Below, piece after piece: positions 49,088 through 58,349 of a stretch of DNA of 64,000 nt. The number at the start of each line of letters is the position of its first letter. Positions within the stretch are counted from its first letter, which is position 1. Both the position numbers and the translations under genes were made by a program. Below the pieces are notes generated by a model. That model was not told where the DNA came from. It searched no databases and was given only the letters and a program-made list of their open reading frames with translations. The stretch is from Alphaproteobacteria bacterium (GTDB taxonomy: Bacteria > Pseudomonadota > Alphaproteobacteria > GCA-2731375), in the NCBI GenBank assembly GCA_965232515.1, contig CBDDPY010000002.1:3680001-3744000 (forward strand). The letters are read 5' to 3'.

Positions 49088-49965
49088 CGCTTCAGTCTCG
49101 GGTTGAGCTGATCGCGCACCTGGTCGCCGACCAGGTTGATGGCGAAGATCAGGATGATCAGCGCGATGCCGGGATAGACCGAGATCCAGTAGCGGCCGCT
49201 CATCATGTATTTGAAGCCGTTCGAGATCAGCATGCCGAGCGACGGCTCGTTCACCGGCAGGCCGAGGCCGAGGAACGACAGGGTCGATTCCAGCGCGATG
49301 GCGTTGGCGATCTGCACCGTCGCCACCACGATCAGCGGCGGCAGGCAGTTCGGCAGCAGATGCCGGAAGACGATGCGCCTGCCGGACAGCGGCGTCGCCG
49401 CGGCGGCCTCGACATAGTCCTTGCGGCGCTCGCCCGAAGCGGCGCCATAAGCGGTGCGGGCGAAATAGGCGTACTGCGCCGCGACGAGCGCGGTCACGAG
49501 CTGCGCCTTGCCCTGGCCCAGCAGCGCCACCAGCACCAGCGCCAGCAGGATCGCCGGGAACGAAAGCTGAAGGTCGACGATGCGCATGATCAGGGCTTCG
49601 AGCCGGCCACCGGAATAGGCGGCGACGATGCCGAGCGTGGTGCCGATCACCAGAGAGACGAAGCCCGCCATCAGGCCCATCTGGATCGAGATGCGCAGGC
49701 CGTAGAGGATCGCCGAAACGAGATCGCGGCCCTGATCGTCGGTGCCGAGCAGGTGCACGTAGCCGCCGCTGCCGATATGACCCGGCGGCCGGCGGGCGTC
49801 CATCAGCGACAACGTCGCCAGGTCGTAGGGATCCTGCGGCGAAATGAGCGGCGCGAAGATGGCGATGAAGACGATGATCACCACGACGGCCAGCGCCGCC
49901 ACCGCGATCCAGTTCTCGCGGAACTCGGCCCAGAAGGCGGCCAGCGGCGAAACGGCGCCGTTCAT
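49084..49965 (-). CDS. Dpp/Opp-type ABC transporter permease (C-type)
   Basis: LGTDDQGRD, YVEAA, ESTLSFLGLG. Confidence 0.9.
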   Translation of the reverse strand: MNGAVSPLAAFWAEFRENWIAVAALAVVVIIVFIAIFAPLISPQDPYDLATLSLMDARRPPGHIGSGGYVHLLGTDDQGRDLVSAILYGLRISIQMGLMAGFVSLVIGTTLGIVAAYSGGRLEALIMRIVDLQLSFPAILLALVLVALLGQGKAQLVTALVAAQYAYFARTAYGAASGERRKDYVEAAAATPLSGRRIVFRHLLPNCLPPLIVVATVQIANAIALESTLSFLGLGLPVNEPSLGMLISNGFKYMMSGRYWISVYPGIALIILIFAINLVGDQVRDQLNPRLKR

Positions 49966-50936
49966 TCCGCGCGGCCCCGACGCAACCTCGGATCGAGACC
50001 TGCGTAGATCACGTCGACCACGAGGTTGATGGTCACGAACAGGAAGGCGATCAGGATCAGATAGGCGACCATCACCGGCCGGTCGAGCGAGGTGATGGAA
50101 TCGATGATCAGCTTGCCGACGCCGGGCCAGGAAAAGATGGTTTCCGTGACGACGGCGAAGGCCAGCGTCGAGCCGAGCTCGAGCCCGAACACGGTGACGA
50201 TGGGGATCGAGATCAGCTTCAAGACGTGCCGCACCAGGATCGTCCACTCGGACAGGCCGGCGGCGCGGGCGAAGCGGACGACATCGGTCAGCATCGCCTC
50301 GCGCGTGCCGGCGCGGGCCAGCCGGATCATCATGGCGAACTTGAACAGCGCCAGATTGACCGCCGGCAGCAGCAGATGCGACAGGCCGTTCGGCGTCACG
50401 AAGCTCCAGGGAATGCCGAACAGAACGACCGTCTCGCCCCGCCCACCGGCCGGCAGCCAGCCGAGTGAGACGGCAAATGTCAGGATCAGGATCAGCCCGA
50501 CCCAGAATGTCGGCACCGAGAAGCCCAGGATCGACAACGCCATCAGCGAGCGCGCCGCGGCGCTGTGCGGCCGGTAGCCGGCGTAGATGCCGAGCGGAAT
50601 GCCGAGGATGGTGGCGCCGAGAACCGCCGCAAACGCCAGCTCCACCGAGGCCGGCAACCGGCTCAGGATCAGCTCCAGCACGGGCATGTTGTAGACGAAG
50701 GACCGGCCGAAATCGCCCTGCAGCGAGTTGCCGAGGAAGATGAAGTATTGCTCCCACAGGGGCTTGTCGAGGCCGAAGCGGGCAATGGTCTCGGCGCGGA
50801 TATCCTGCGGCGCCTCCGGCGGAATGAGCACCTCGATGGGATTGCCGATGGCATAGACGCCGACGAAGACGATGACCGACATGACGAACATGACGGCGAC
50901 CGCCTGCAGGCAACGCTGAATGACGAAGCCCAGCAT
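49962..50936 (-). CDS. Dpp/Opp-type ABC transporter permease (B-type)
   Basis: GLDKPLWEQY, GDFGRSF, ETIFSWPGVG. Confidence 0.9.
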   Translation of the reverse strand: MLGFVIQRCLQAVAVMFVMSVIVFVGVYAIGNPIEVLIPPEAPQDIRAETIARFGLDKPLWEQYFIFLGNSLQGDFGRSFVYNMPVLELILSRLPASVELAFAAVLGATILGIPLGIYAGYRPHSAAARSLMALSILGFSVPTFWVGLILILTFAVSLGWLPAGGRGETVVLFGIPWSFVTPNGLSHLLLPAVNLALFKFAMMIRLARAGTREAMLTDVVRFARAAGLSEWTILVRHVLKLISIPIVTVFGLELGSTLAFAVVTETIFSWPGVGKLIIDSITSLDRPVMVAYLILIAFLFVTINLVVDVIYAGLDPRLRRGRAE

Positions 50937-50999
50937 CAGACCCTCACGTTCTCAGCGCGTCAAACGGCGCGACGCCGGGCCTTTCCTGCCCGGAAAGCG

Positions 51000-51037
51000 G
51001 CGGCGCATCGGCGGGCGTTCTGCCACCGATGCGCCGC
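51000..51037 (-). terminator. Stem-loop downstream of the solute-binding gene
   Basis: GCGGCGCATCGG / CCGATGCGCCGC 12-bp arms. Confidence 0.45.
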
Positions 51038-51053
51038 TTGGACTTGCCGTTTG

Positions 51054-52661
51054 TCAGTTCGCCGGCTTGATGAAAAACGCCAGCGTATCCTCGTCGGTTC
51101 GGGGATCGAGCGCAATCTTGCCCTTGGTCGCGGCCCAGACCGTCTGCAGGACGACGATCGGGATATAGGCGCGGTCTGCCATGGTGATTTCCATCGCCTT
51201 CTCGAAATGCGCCCGCCGCTTGGCGTCGTCCAGCGTCTTCACGCCGGCCTGCAGGGCCTTGTCGACCTCGGCGTTGTAATACTCGATGCGGTTGAAGGCG
51301 CCGAGCTTGACGTCGGGATCGTTGGAATGCGCGAGCGAACCCAGCGTGTAGGACGCCTCGCCCGTCAGCGTGCCCCAGCCGTTCATGAACACCGAATACT
51401 CCTTGCGCGCCTGCGCCGGGAAGTAAACGGTGCGGCTGATCGCGTTCACGTTGGTGCGAATGCCGACCCGGCTGAACATCTGGCCCAGACCCTGGCAGAT
51501 CGCGCCGTCACCCGGCAGCCGGTCGCTGGTGCAGTAGAGGTCGATCTGGAAGCCGTCGGGGAATCCGGCGTCGGCCAGCAGTTGCTTGGCCCGCGCCGGG
51601 TCATGCTTGCGCGCCGGCACCTTGTCGCTGTAGCCGAAGAAACCTTCCGGCATGACCTGTCCGGCCGGCCGTCCGAGGCCTTCCAGCACCACGTCGACCA
51701 TGGCGTTGCGGTCGATCGCCAGATCGAAGGCCTCGCGCACCCGGGCGTCGCGCAGCGGGTTCTTGGCCAGGACGTTGCCGTCGAGGTCGTAGACCTTGGG
51801 CGTCGCGTCGCGCTGGTCGAGCTGCAGGTTCATGACGTAAACGCTGTCGCCCTGGAAGGTGTCGATCTTGGCGTCACGCTGCAACGCCAACCAATCGGCC
51901 GCCGACACATAGTTGATCAGGTCGACCTGCCCGGCCTTGAGCGCCGCCAGCCGCGACGAGTCGTTCGGCATTTCCTTGCGGACGACACGCTCCCAGGCGC
52001 CCTTGCCGCGCCAGTAGTCGTCGAAGCGCTCCAGGACCAGGTCGCCCTTCGGCTCCCAGGAAACATATTTGTAGGGACCGGTGCCGATCGCCGCCTTACC
52101 CGAATTGAAGCCCTCGGCCGAGGTCTCCTTGGTCGAATAATCCTTCGCCGCCTTCGACGAAACGATGAACAGCCGCACGAAATCATACGGCAGCGTCGCC
52201 GCCGGACCGTCGGTCTTGATATGGATGGTATGCGGATCGACGATCACCACCTCGGCGACGCGGCGCACGTAGATGGTCATCGTGGTCGGTCCGGTGACCA
52301 CGGGAATGCGCTCGATCGAGAACTTCACATCCTCGGCCGTGAAGTCCGATCCGTCATGGAACTTCACGCCCTTGCGCAGCTTGAATTCCCAGGTCGTGTC
52401 GTCGAGCGGCTTCCAGGCTTCCGCCAGCGACGGCTCGAGCTGCAGGTTCTCGTTCGACCAGACCAGCGTGTCATAGATGTGCTTGGCCGCCTCGGCATGC
52501 GGTCCGAGCGCGGAAAAGTGCGGGTCCATGGATTCCGGCCCGCCGCGCACGCCGATCGTCAGCGTCTCCGCCTGCACCTGTTGCGCCATCGATGTCAGGC
52601 CGACCGTCATGGCGACGGCCACGGCCAAACCGATGGTCTTTCCGGTTTTCAGCAACCTCAT
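51054..52661 (-). CDS. Family 5 ABC transporter substrate-binding protein
   Basis: Signal peptide; LRKGVKFHDGSDFTAEDVKFS, GTGPYK. Confidence 0.9.
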   Translation of the reverse strand: MRLLKTGKTIGLAVAVAMTVGLTSMAQQVQAETLTIGVRGGPESMDPHFSALGPHAEAAKHIYDTLVWSNENLQLEPSLAEAWKPLDDTTWEFKLRKGVKFHDGSDFTAEDVKFSIERIPVVTGPTTMTIYVRRVAEVVIVDPHTIHIKTDGPAATLPYDFVRLFIVSSKAAKDYSTKETSAEGFNSGKAAIGTGPYKYVSWEPKGDLVLERFDDYWRGKGAWERVVRKEMPNDSSRLAALKAGQVDLINYVSAADWLALQRDAKIDTFQGDSVYVMNLQLDQRDATPKVYDLDGNVLAKNPLRDARVREAFDLAIDRNAMVDVVLEGLGRPAGQVMPEGFFGYSDKVPARKHDPARAKQLLADAGFPDGFQIDLYCTSDRLPGDGAICQGLGQMFSRVGIRTNVNAISRTVYFPAQARKEYSVFMNGWGTLTGEASYTLGSLAHSNDPDVKLGAFNRIEYYNAEVDKALQAGVKTLDDAKRRAHFEKAMEITMADRAYIPIVVLQTVWAATKGKIALDPRTDEDTLAFFIKPAN

Positions 52662-52805
52662 TCGAATTCTCCCAAGTCCGTCTCGACGCATTCTCGATGC
52701 GCCGGAGCCCGCGAAGATCATTGTCCGGCCGACGGCAAGACCCCCATGCCGCTCGGTCGCGTCGCCGCGCCGAAACCAGCTTGTCGACCCCCTCCAACAA
52801 CTCAA

Positions 52806-52879
52806 CAAGTTCCATTCGGAACTTGCTTTCCCAACATTGCTGGGCGATAAACGATACGTCAAGTTCAATTTGGAACTAA
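52806..52879. promoter_or_regulatory. Two candidate MarR operators, CAAGTTCC-N4-GGAACTTG
   Basis: Perfect 8-bp dyad at 52806-52825 and near copy CAAGTTCAATTTGGAACTAA at 52860-52879 in the divergent promoter. Confidence 0.7.
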
Positions 52880-52890
52880 CTGCGGCGCAA

Positions 52891-53466
52891 ATGGACAAAC
52901 CCGACAAGATTCCTGGCGCCGGCGCACCCGCCATCGAACCCGGCGCGACGGGCCTGCATCCGATGATCGAGGTCAAACTGTGGGGAAATCCCTGCTGGCT
53001 GGCCTATCGGCTGAACTACCTGGCGCTGCGTTACAACGTCCCGCTCTACGACTGGGCCGAGGAGCGTTACGGCCTGACCCGGCCGGAATTCGTCGTGCTC
53101 TATTCGCTCGGCCTGCAGGACGGTGCGCTCGCCCGCGACATCAGCGTGTCCTCGGGCTTTCCGAAGAATACGCTCAGCCGCGCCATCAACAAGCTTTGCT
53201 CTGCACACCTGCTCGAGCGCAGCGAGGATCCGTCGGACAAGCGTTCGCAGATCCTGCGGCTCAGCGCGGAAGGCCGGCGCATCTTCGACGAGGCCCTGCC
53301 GTATTTCGTCGATTTCGAAAAGCGCATGCTGGCGACGCTGTCGCCGGACGAGCGCGACACGCTGTCCCGCCTGCTCGCCAAGATCGTGCTCGACTCGGTC
53401 AATTGGCCGACCGAGCTCGACATGCCGAAAAACAACAAGGTTCCGGGCCAGGATGCCGCGGACTAA
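52891..53466 (+). CDS. MarR family regulator
   Basis: GLTRPEFVVL, KNTLSRAI, DPSDKRS, LSAEGR winged-helix motifs. Confidence 0.88.
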   Translation: MDKPDKIPGAGAPAIEPGATGLHPMIEVKLWGNPCWLAYRLNYLALRYNVPLYDWAEERYGLTRPEFVVLYSLGLQDGALARDISVSSGFPKNTLSRAINKLCSAHLLERSEDPSDKRSQILRLSAEGRRIFDEALPYFVDFEKRMLATLSPDERDTLSRLLAKIVLDSVNWPTELDMPKNNKVPGQDAAD

Positions 53467-53486
53467 ATCGAGGGAACGCTAGACCA

Positions 53487-54197
53487 ATGCTGATACGCGA
53501 CATGAACTGGATGCAGGTCGAGAGCTATCTCGCCGGCGACGATCGCTGCGTGCTGCCGATCGGCTCGGTCGAGCAGCACGCGCAACTGTCACTCTGCGTC
53601 GACGCGATCCTGTCGGAACGGGTCGCCGCCGAAGCCGCGGCGCCGCTGGGGGTGCCGGTCTATCCGGCCATGCCGTTCGGCCTGGCGCCATACTTCTCCG
53701 CCTTCCCCGGTTCGATCTCGCTCAAGGTGGAAACGCTTCTGGCCGTCGTGCGCGACCTCGTCGACTCGGTGCACCGCGCCGGCTTCCGGCGGATTCTGAT
53801 CGTCAACGGCCACGGCGGCAACGCGCCGGCCGGCGCGCTGGCGCAGGAACTGATGGCCGACCGGCCCGAGCTGACGATCCGCTTCCACAACTGGTGGAAC
53901 GCGCCCAAGACCTGGGCCAAGGTGCAGGAGATCGACCCCGACGGCTCGCACGCGAGCTGGATGGAGAACTTCCCCTGGACCCGGCTGGCGAATATCGCCG
54001 CGCCCGAGGGCAAGAAACCGATGGTCGACATCGCCGCCCTGAAGTCGGCTTCGCCCGAAGGCGTGCGCGAGCTGGTCGGCGACGGCAATTTCGGCGGCGA
54101 ATGGCAGAAACCCGACGACGTCATGAACGAGCTCTGGGCCGTCGGCGTCGAGGAAACCCGCGAGGCGTTGGAGGGGCCATGGCCGACCCGATCCTGA
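53487..54197 (+). CDS. Creatininase family amidohydrolase
   Basis: PIGSVEQH, VD, NGHGGN, HA..E metal motifs. Confidence 0.88.
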   Translation: MLIRDMNWMQVESYLAGDDRCVLPIGSVEQHAQLSLCVDAILSERVAAEAAAPLGVPVYPAMPFGLAPYFSAFPGSISLKVETLLAVVRDLVDSVHRAGFRRILIVNGHGGNAPAGALAQELMADRPELTIRFHNWWNAPKTWAKVQEIDPDGSHASWMENFPWTRLANIAAPEGKKPMVDIAALKSASPEGVRELVGDGNFGGEWQKPDDVMNELWAVGVEETREALEGPWPTRS

Positions 54198-55192
54198 TCT
54201 GGGGCGCCGGCGCCATCGGCGGCACGCTCGGCGCCTATTGGGCCCGGGCCGGCATCGACGTGTTGCTGGTCGACCGCGAGGCCGCGCATGTCGCCGCCTG
54301 CCGCGACGACGGACTGAGCATCGAGGGGCCGGTCGACACATTCACGCAGACGATCGCGGCAGCGACGCCGGATCAGGTCACGGGGACCTTCAGCCGGATC
54401 GTGCTGGCGGTGAAGGCGCACCATACGGATGCGGCGCTGGACGCGTTGACGCCGCACCTCGCCGACGACGGCTATGTGCTGTCGGCGCAGAACGGGCTCA
54501 ACGAGCTGACCATCGCGAGGCGGGTCGGCGATCGGCGCACCATGGGCGCCTTCGTCAATTTCGGCGCTGACTGGCAGGGCCCGGGTCAGATCCTCTACGG
54601 CAACCGCGGCGCCGTCGTGGTCGGCGAGATCGACGGCGAGATCCGCCCGCGCACGCGCGAGATGCACGAGCTGCTGCGGATCTTCGAGCCCGACGCGGTG
54701 CTGACCCACGACATCTGGAGCTACCTCTGGGGCAAGCTCGCCTATGGCGCCATGTTGTTCGCCACCGCGCTCAATAACGACTCCATGGCCGACAACTTCG
54801 CCGATCCCGACCGCTTTCCGATCTGGCTGGCGCTCGGCCGCGAGGTCATGGCCGTGGCGACGGCGCGCGGCGTGAAACCGCACGGCTTCAACGGCTTTGC
54901 GCCCGAGGCCTTCTCGGCGAGCGCCGGCGAACAGGCGGCCCGCGACAGCATCGCGGCGCTGGCCGAGTTCAACCGGCACACGGCGAAGACCCATTCCGGC
55001 GTCTGGCGCGACCTCGCCGTGCGCAAGCGCAAGACCGAGGTCGACTCTCAGATCGCCGTGATCGGCGAGCTGGCGCGCGAGCACGGTATCGACACGCCTG
55101 CGCTCGACCGGCTGGTGGCGCTGGTTCACGACGTCGAGGACGGCCGGCGGCCGCAGTCGGCCGAAACGCTGTTCGCCGTGCTGGCCCCATGA
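54179..55192 (+). CDS. Ketopantoate reductase (PanE/ApbA) family oxidoreductase
   Basis: WGAGAIGG, AVK, QNG, WGKL, RKTEVD. Confidence 0.85.
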   Translation: MADPILIWGAGAIGGTLGAYWARAGIDVLLVDREAAHVAACRDDGLSIEGPVDTFTQTIAAATPDQVTGTFSRIVLAVKAHHTDAALDALTPHLADDGYVLSAQNGLNELTIARRVGDRRTMGAFVNFGADWQGPGQILYGNRGAVVVGEIDGEIRPRTREMHELLRIFEPDAVLTHDIWSYLWGKLAYGAMLFATALNNDSMADNFADPDRFPIWLALGREVMAVATARGVKPHGFNGFAPEAFSASAGEQAARDSIAALAEFNRHTAKTHSGVWRDLAVRKRKTEVDSQIAVIGELAREHGIDTPALDRLVALVHDVEDGRRPQSAETLFAVLAP

Positions 55193-55944
55193 CGGCGGCG
55201 TTCGACGGCCGGGTGGTTCTGGTCACGGGCGCCGCGCAGGGCATCGGCCGCGCCATCGCCGGCGCGTTCCATGCCGCCGGCGCCAATGTTGTTATCGCCG
55301 ATATCGACGAAGCCGGCGTCGCGGCAACGGCATCCGAGCTCGGCGTCACGGCCGAGGTTGCCGATCTCGGCGACCGCGCGGCGGCGCATGACCTGGTCGG
55401 ACGGATCGTCGACCGCGCGCAACGGCTCGATATTCTCGTTAATGCCGCCGGCGGCGTGCGCGGGCAGGTCGGCCGGCCGATCGAAGAGATTCCCGAGACC
55501 GACTGGCATGTGATCTTTCAGGCCAATGTGGACGGCGCCTTCTGGCTGTCCCAGGCCGCCGCGCCAGCGATGAAACAGGCCGGCGCCGGCCGCATCGTCA
55601 ACATCGCCTCGGGCGCCGGCTTGCGGGCGAGCCTGACCGGTATCCAGGCCTACGCGGCCGCGAAGCACGCACTGGTCGGCCTGACGAAGCAGCTGGCCGT
55701 CGAGCTCGGCCCATTCGGCATCACCGTCAACGCGGTCGCACCGGGTTTCGTGCTGTCGAACCCGACAACGCAGAAGCAGTGGGAGAGCTATGGCGCCGAG
55801 GGCCAGAAACGCCTGGTCGAGCAGATCCACATGCGCCGGCTCGGCACCGCCGATGACATCGCCGCCGCGGTCCTGTTCTTCGCCACCGATGCCGCCGGCT
55901 GGATTACCGGCCAGACGCTGTCGGTCGACGGCGGCCGGGCATGA
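55189..55944 (+). CDS. Short-chain dehydrogenase/reductase
   Basis: TGAAQGIG, YAAAK, VAPG, ITGQTLSVDGG. Confidence 0.9.
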   Translation: MTAAFDGRVVLVTGAAQGIGRAIAGAFHAAGANVVIADIDEAGVAATASELGVTAEVADLGDRAAAHDLVGRIVDRAQRLDILVNAAGGVRGQVGRPIEEIPETDWHVIFQANVDGAFWLSQAAAPAMKQAGAGRIVNIASGAGLRASLTGIQAYAAAKHALVGLTKQLAVELGPFGITVNAVAPGFVLSNPTTQKQWESYGAEGQKRLVEQIHMRRLGTADDIAAAVLFFATDAAGWITGQTLSVDGGRA

Positions 55945-57356
55945 CCGATCCGGTGCTACGCCGCCTGCGGGACGGGCGCGACGATTTCCTCGAGCGGCTG
56001 TTCGCGCTGCTGCGCCTGCCGTCGGTCAGCACCGATCCGGCCTATGCCAACGGCATGGCAGCGGCGCGACGCTTCCACGAAGAACGTTTGACGGCGCTCG
56101 GCTTCGCCAATGTGCAGCAGATCGACGGCGGCGGCCATCCGGCCGTCTACGCCGAGTGGCTCGACGCCGGCGCCGACGCGCCGACCTTCCTGGTCTATGG
56201 CCACTACGACGTGCAGCCGCCCGATCCCGTCGAGAAGTGGCAAAGCCCGCCGTTCGAGCCGACGATCCGCGACGGCCGGGTCTACGCCCGCGGCGTCTCC
56301 GACGACAAGGCGCCGAGCCTGATCGCCGTCGAGTCGCTGGGCGCGTTCCTGGCCGTCGAGGGCGGCCTGCCGGTGAACGTCAAGGTCCTGCTCGAGGGCG
56401 AGGAGGAGATCGGCAGCGCTAGCCTGCCGGAACTGCTGCGCCGGCACCGCACGCAGCTCTCGGCCGACGCGGTGATCTCGGCCGACGGGGCGCGCTGGCG
56501 CGAAGACCTGACCACGATCAATGTCGGCTCGCGCGGCAACGCCGGCTTCGAGTTCAGCGTGACCACGGCGACGAAAGACCTGCATTCCGGCCGCTACGGC
56601 GGCGCCGTGCCGAACGCGCTGCATGTCATGGCGGCGCTGATCGCCGGCCTGCGCGACGCCGAGGGCCGGATCGCCGTCGCCGGCTTCTATGACGGCATTC
56701 CGCCGCTGGACCAGGCTGACCGCGACGCCCTGACGGACATCCCCTTCGACGACGACGCCTTCTACGGCGATCTGGCGACGACGCCGACGGGCGAGCCGGG
56801 CCATACGACGCTGGAACGTCTCTGGCTGCGGCCGACGCTCGATGTCAACGGCCTATGGGGCGGCTATGCCGGCCCCGGCGCCAAGACCGTGATCCCGAAC
56901 GAGGCGCACGCCAAGCTGACCATGCGCCTGGTGCGGGGCCAAGACGCCGACGATGTCCGCCGCAAGGTAATGGATCACCTGAAAGCGCATTGCCCGGACG
57001 GCGCGCGCCTCAGCTTCGATGACAACCATGCTGGCGTCGCACCCTATGCCGTGCCGCCGGCACATCCCCTGCTGCTGGCCGCAGAGCAGGCGCTGGAACG
57101 GAGCCTCGGCGTGCGGCCGGTCCGGGTGCGCATCGGCGCGACGTTGCCGATCAGCGACTTCATCGCGGCCGAGCTCGGCATCGACACGGTGATGTTCTCG
57201 TTCTCGATCGCGGACGAGGACTTCCACGCGCCGAACGAGTTCTTCCGCCTCGCCTCCATCGACCAGGGCATGGCGGCCTGGGTGGAACTGCTCCGCGCGC
57301 TCGGCCTGCAACAGGCGACCGACTACACGCCCTTCCGGCGCGCCGCCGCGAACTGA
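55941..57356 (+). CDS. M20 family dipeptidase/amidohydrolase
   Basis: YGHYDVQP, RGVSDDK, EGEEEIGS, HAPNE. Confidence 0.9.
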   Translation: MTDPVLRRLRDGRDDFLERLFALLRLPSVSTDPAYANGMAAARRFHEERLTALGFANVQQIDGGGHPAVYAEWLDAGADAPTFLVYGHYDVQPPDPVEKWQSPPFEPTIRDGRVYARGVSDDKAPSLIAVESLGAFLAVEGGLPVNVKVLLEGEEEIGSASLPELLRRHRTQLSADAVISADGARWREDLTTINVGSRGNAGFEFSVTTATKDLHSGRYGGAVPNALHVMAALIAGLRDAEGRIAVAGFYDGIPPLDQADRDALTDIPFDDDAFYGDLATTPTGEPGHTTLERLWLRPTLDVNGLWGGYAGPGAKTVIPNEAHAKLTMRLVRGQDADDVRRKVMDHLKAHCPDGARLSFDDNHAGVAPYAVPPAHPLLLAAEQALERSLGVRPVRVRIGATLPISDFIAAELGIDTVMFSFSIADEDFHAPNEFFRLASIDQGMAAWVELLRALGLQQATDYTPFRRAAAN

Positions 57357-57357
57357 C

Positions 57358-58254
57358 TCAGAGCCCGGCCTCGGCCTTCACGTAAGCGGCGATCTCGGCA
57401 TGCGTCGCGAACCAGACGTCGCCGGTCTGTTTCATGTGCGCGATCAGATCCTCAAGAATAAAGATCCGCGAGCGGTAGCCGATGACGTGCGGGTGCATGG
57501 TGAGCAGGAACAGGCCACCCTCGGCATGCGCGCGGTCGAACTCGCGCCGAAAGATGTCGAACACGGCCGGCGGCGGCGTGTAGGGCCGCAGCGCGTGGAA
57601 GCGGTGCATGTTGAAGTAGACGGCGTCGTCGCGGATCCACTCCACCGGCAGCTCGACGATGCCGGTCGGCTCGCCGGCCTCGTCCAGCTCATACGGTTCT
57701 TCATCCGCCATCAGCGATGAATCGTAGAGCAGTTCCAGCTCGCGCTCGATGCGCAGCGTGTGCGGGCTGAAGTCCCAGGACGGCGTGCGCAGGCCGACGG
57801 GCCGGATGCCGGTGATCTCCTCCAATGTCTCGGCCGAACGGAACATCAGGTCGCGCTCGGCGTCGTAGTCCAGCGCCGAGTTGAGCTCGTGAATCCAGCC
57901 GTGCAGACCGATCTCATGACCCTCGGCAACGACACGGCGCTGTTCGTCGGGGTGCAAAAGCGCGGCGACCGCCGGCACGAAGAACGTCGCCTTCACCTCC
58001 GCATCCGCCAGAACCTGCAGGATGCGCGGCACGCCGCGCCGCGCACCGTATTCGCCCCAGGACAGCCGGCCGATGGACTGGCCGCCGTCGCGCAGCTCGT
58101 TGGTCTCGTGATCGGAATCGAACGACAGCGCGACGGCGCAGCGCGCGCCCCCGGGCCAGGCCGCCGGCGCCAGCGAACGCCCGGCCCGTACGCGTTCCAC
58201 CAATTGCCGCCAGTGCGGCTCGTCCCATTGCCAGGGCGCCTGTTCGCTCGACAT
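57358..58254 (-). CDS. Polysaccharide deacetylase (CE4, PuuE/HpPgdA-like) protein
   Basis: LSFDSD, YGARRGVPR, HGWIH, YDSS, TMHP. Confidence 0.85.
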   Translation of the reverse strand: MSSEQAPWQWDEPHWRQLVERVRAGRSLAPAAWPGGARCAVALSFDSDHETNELRDGGQSIGRLSWGEYGARRGVPRILQVLADAEVKATFFVPAVAALLHPDEQRRVVAEGHEIGLHGWIHELNSALDYDAERDLMFRSAETLEEITGIRPVGLRTPSWDFSPHTLRIERELELLYDSSLMADEEPYELDEAGEPTGIVELPVEWIRDDAVYFNMHRFHALRPYTPPPAVFDIFRREFDRAHAEGGLFLLTMHPHVIGYRSRIFILEDLIAHMKQTGDVWFATHAEIAAYVKAEAGL

Positions 58255-58349
58255 GCCTGTCCGTTCTCCAGCGATGTGCGGTCGGTCGCGCCCGGACGGG
58301 CGCGACCCAAGCATGCAGGCAGCCGCGAGCGACGTCTAGTGCAGGCGGC

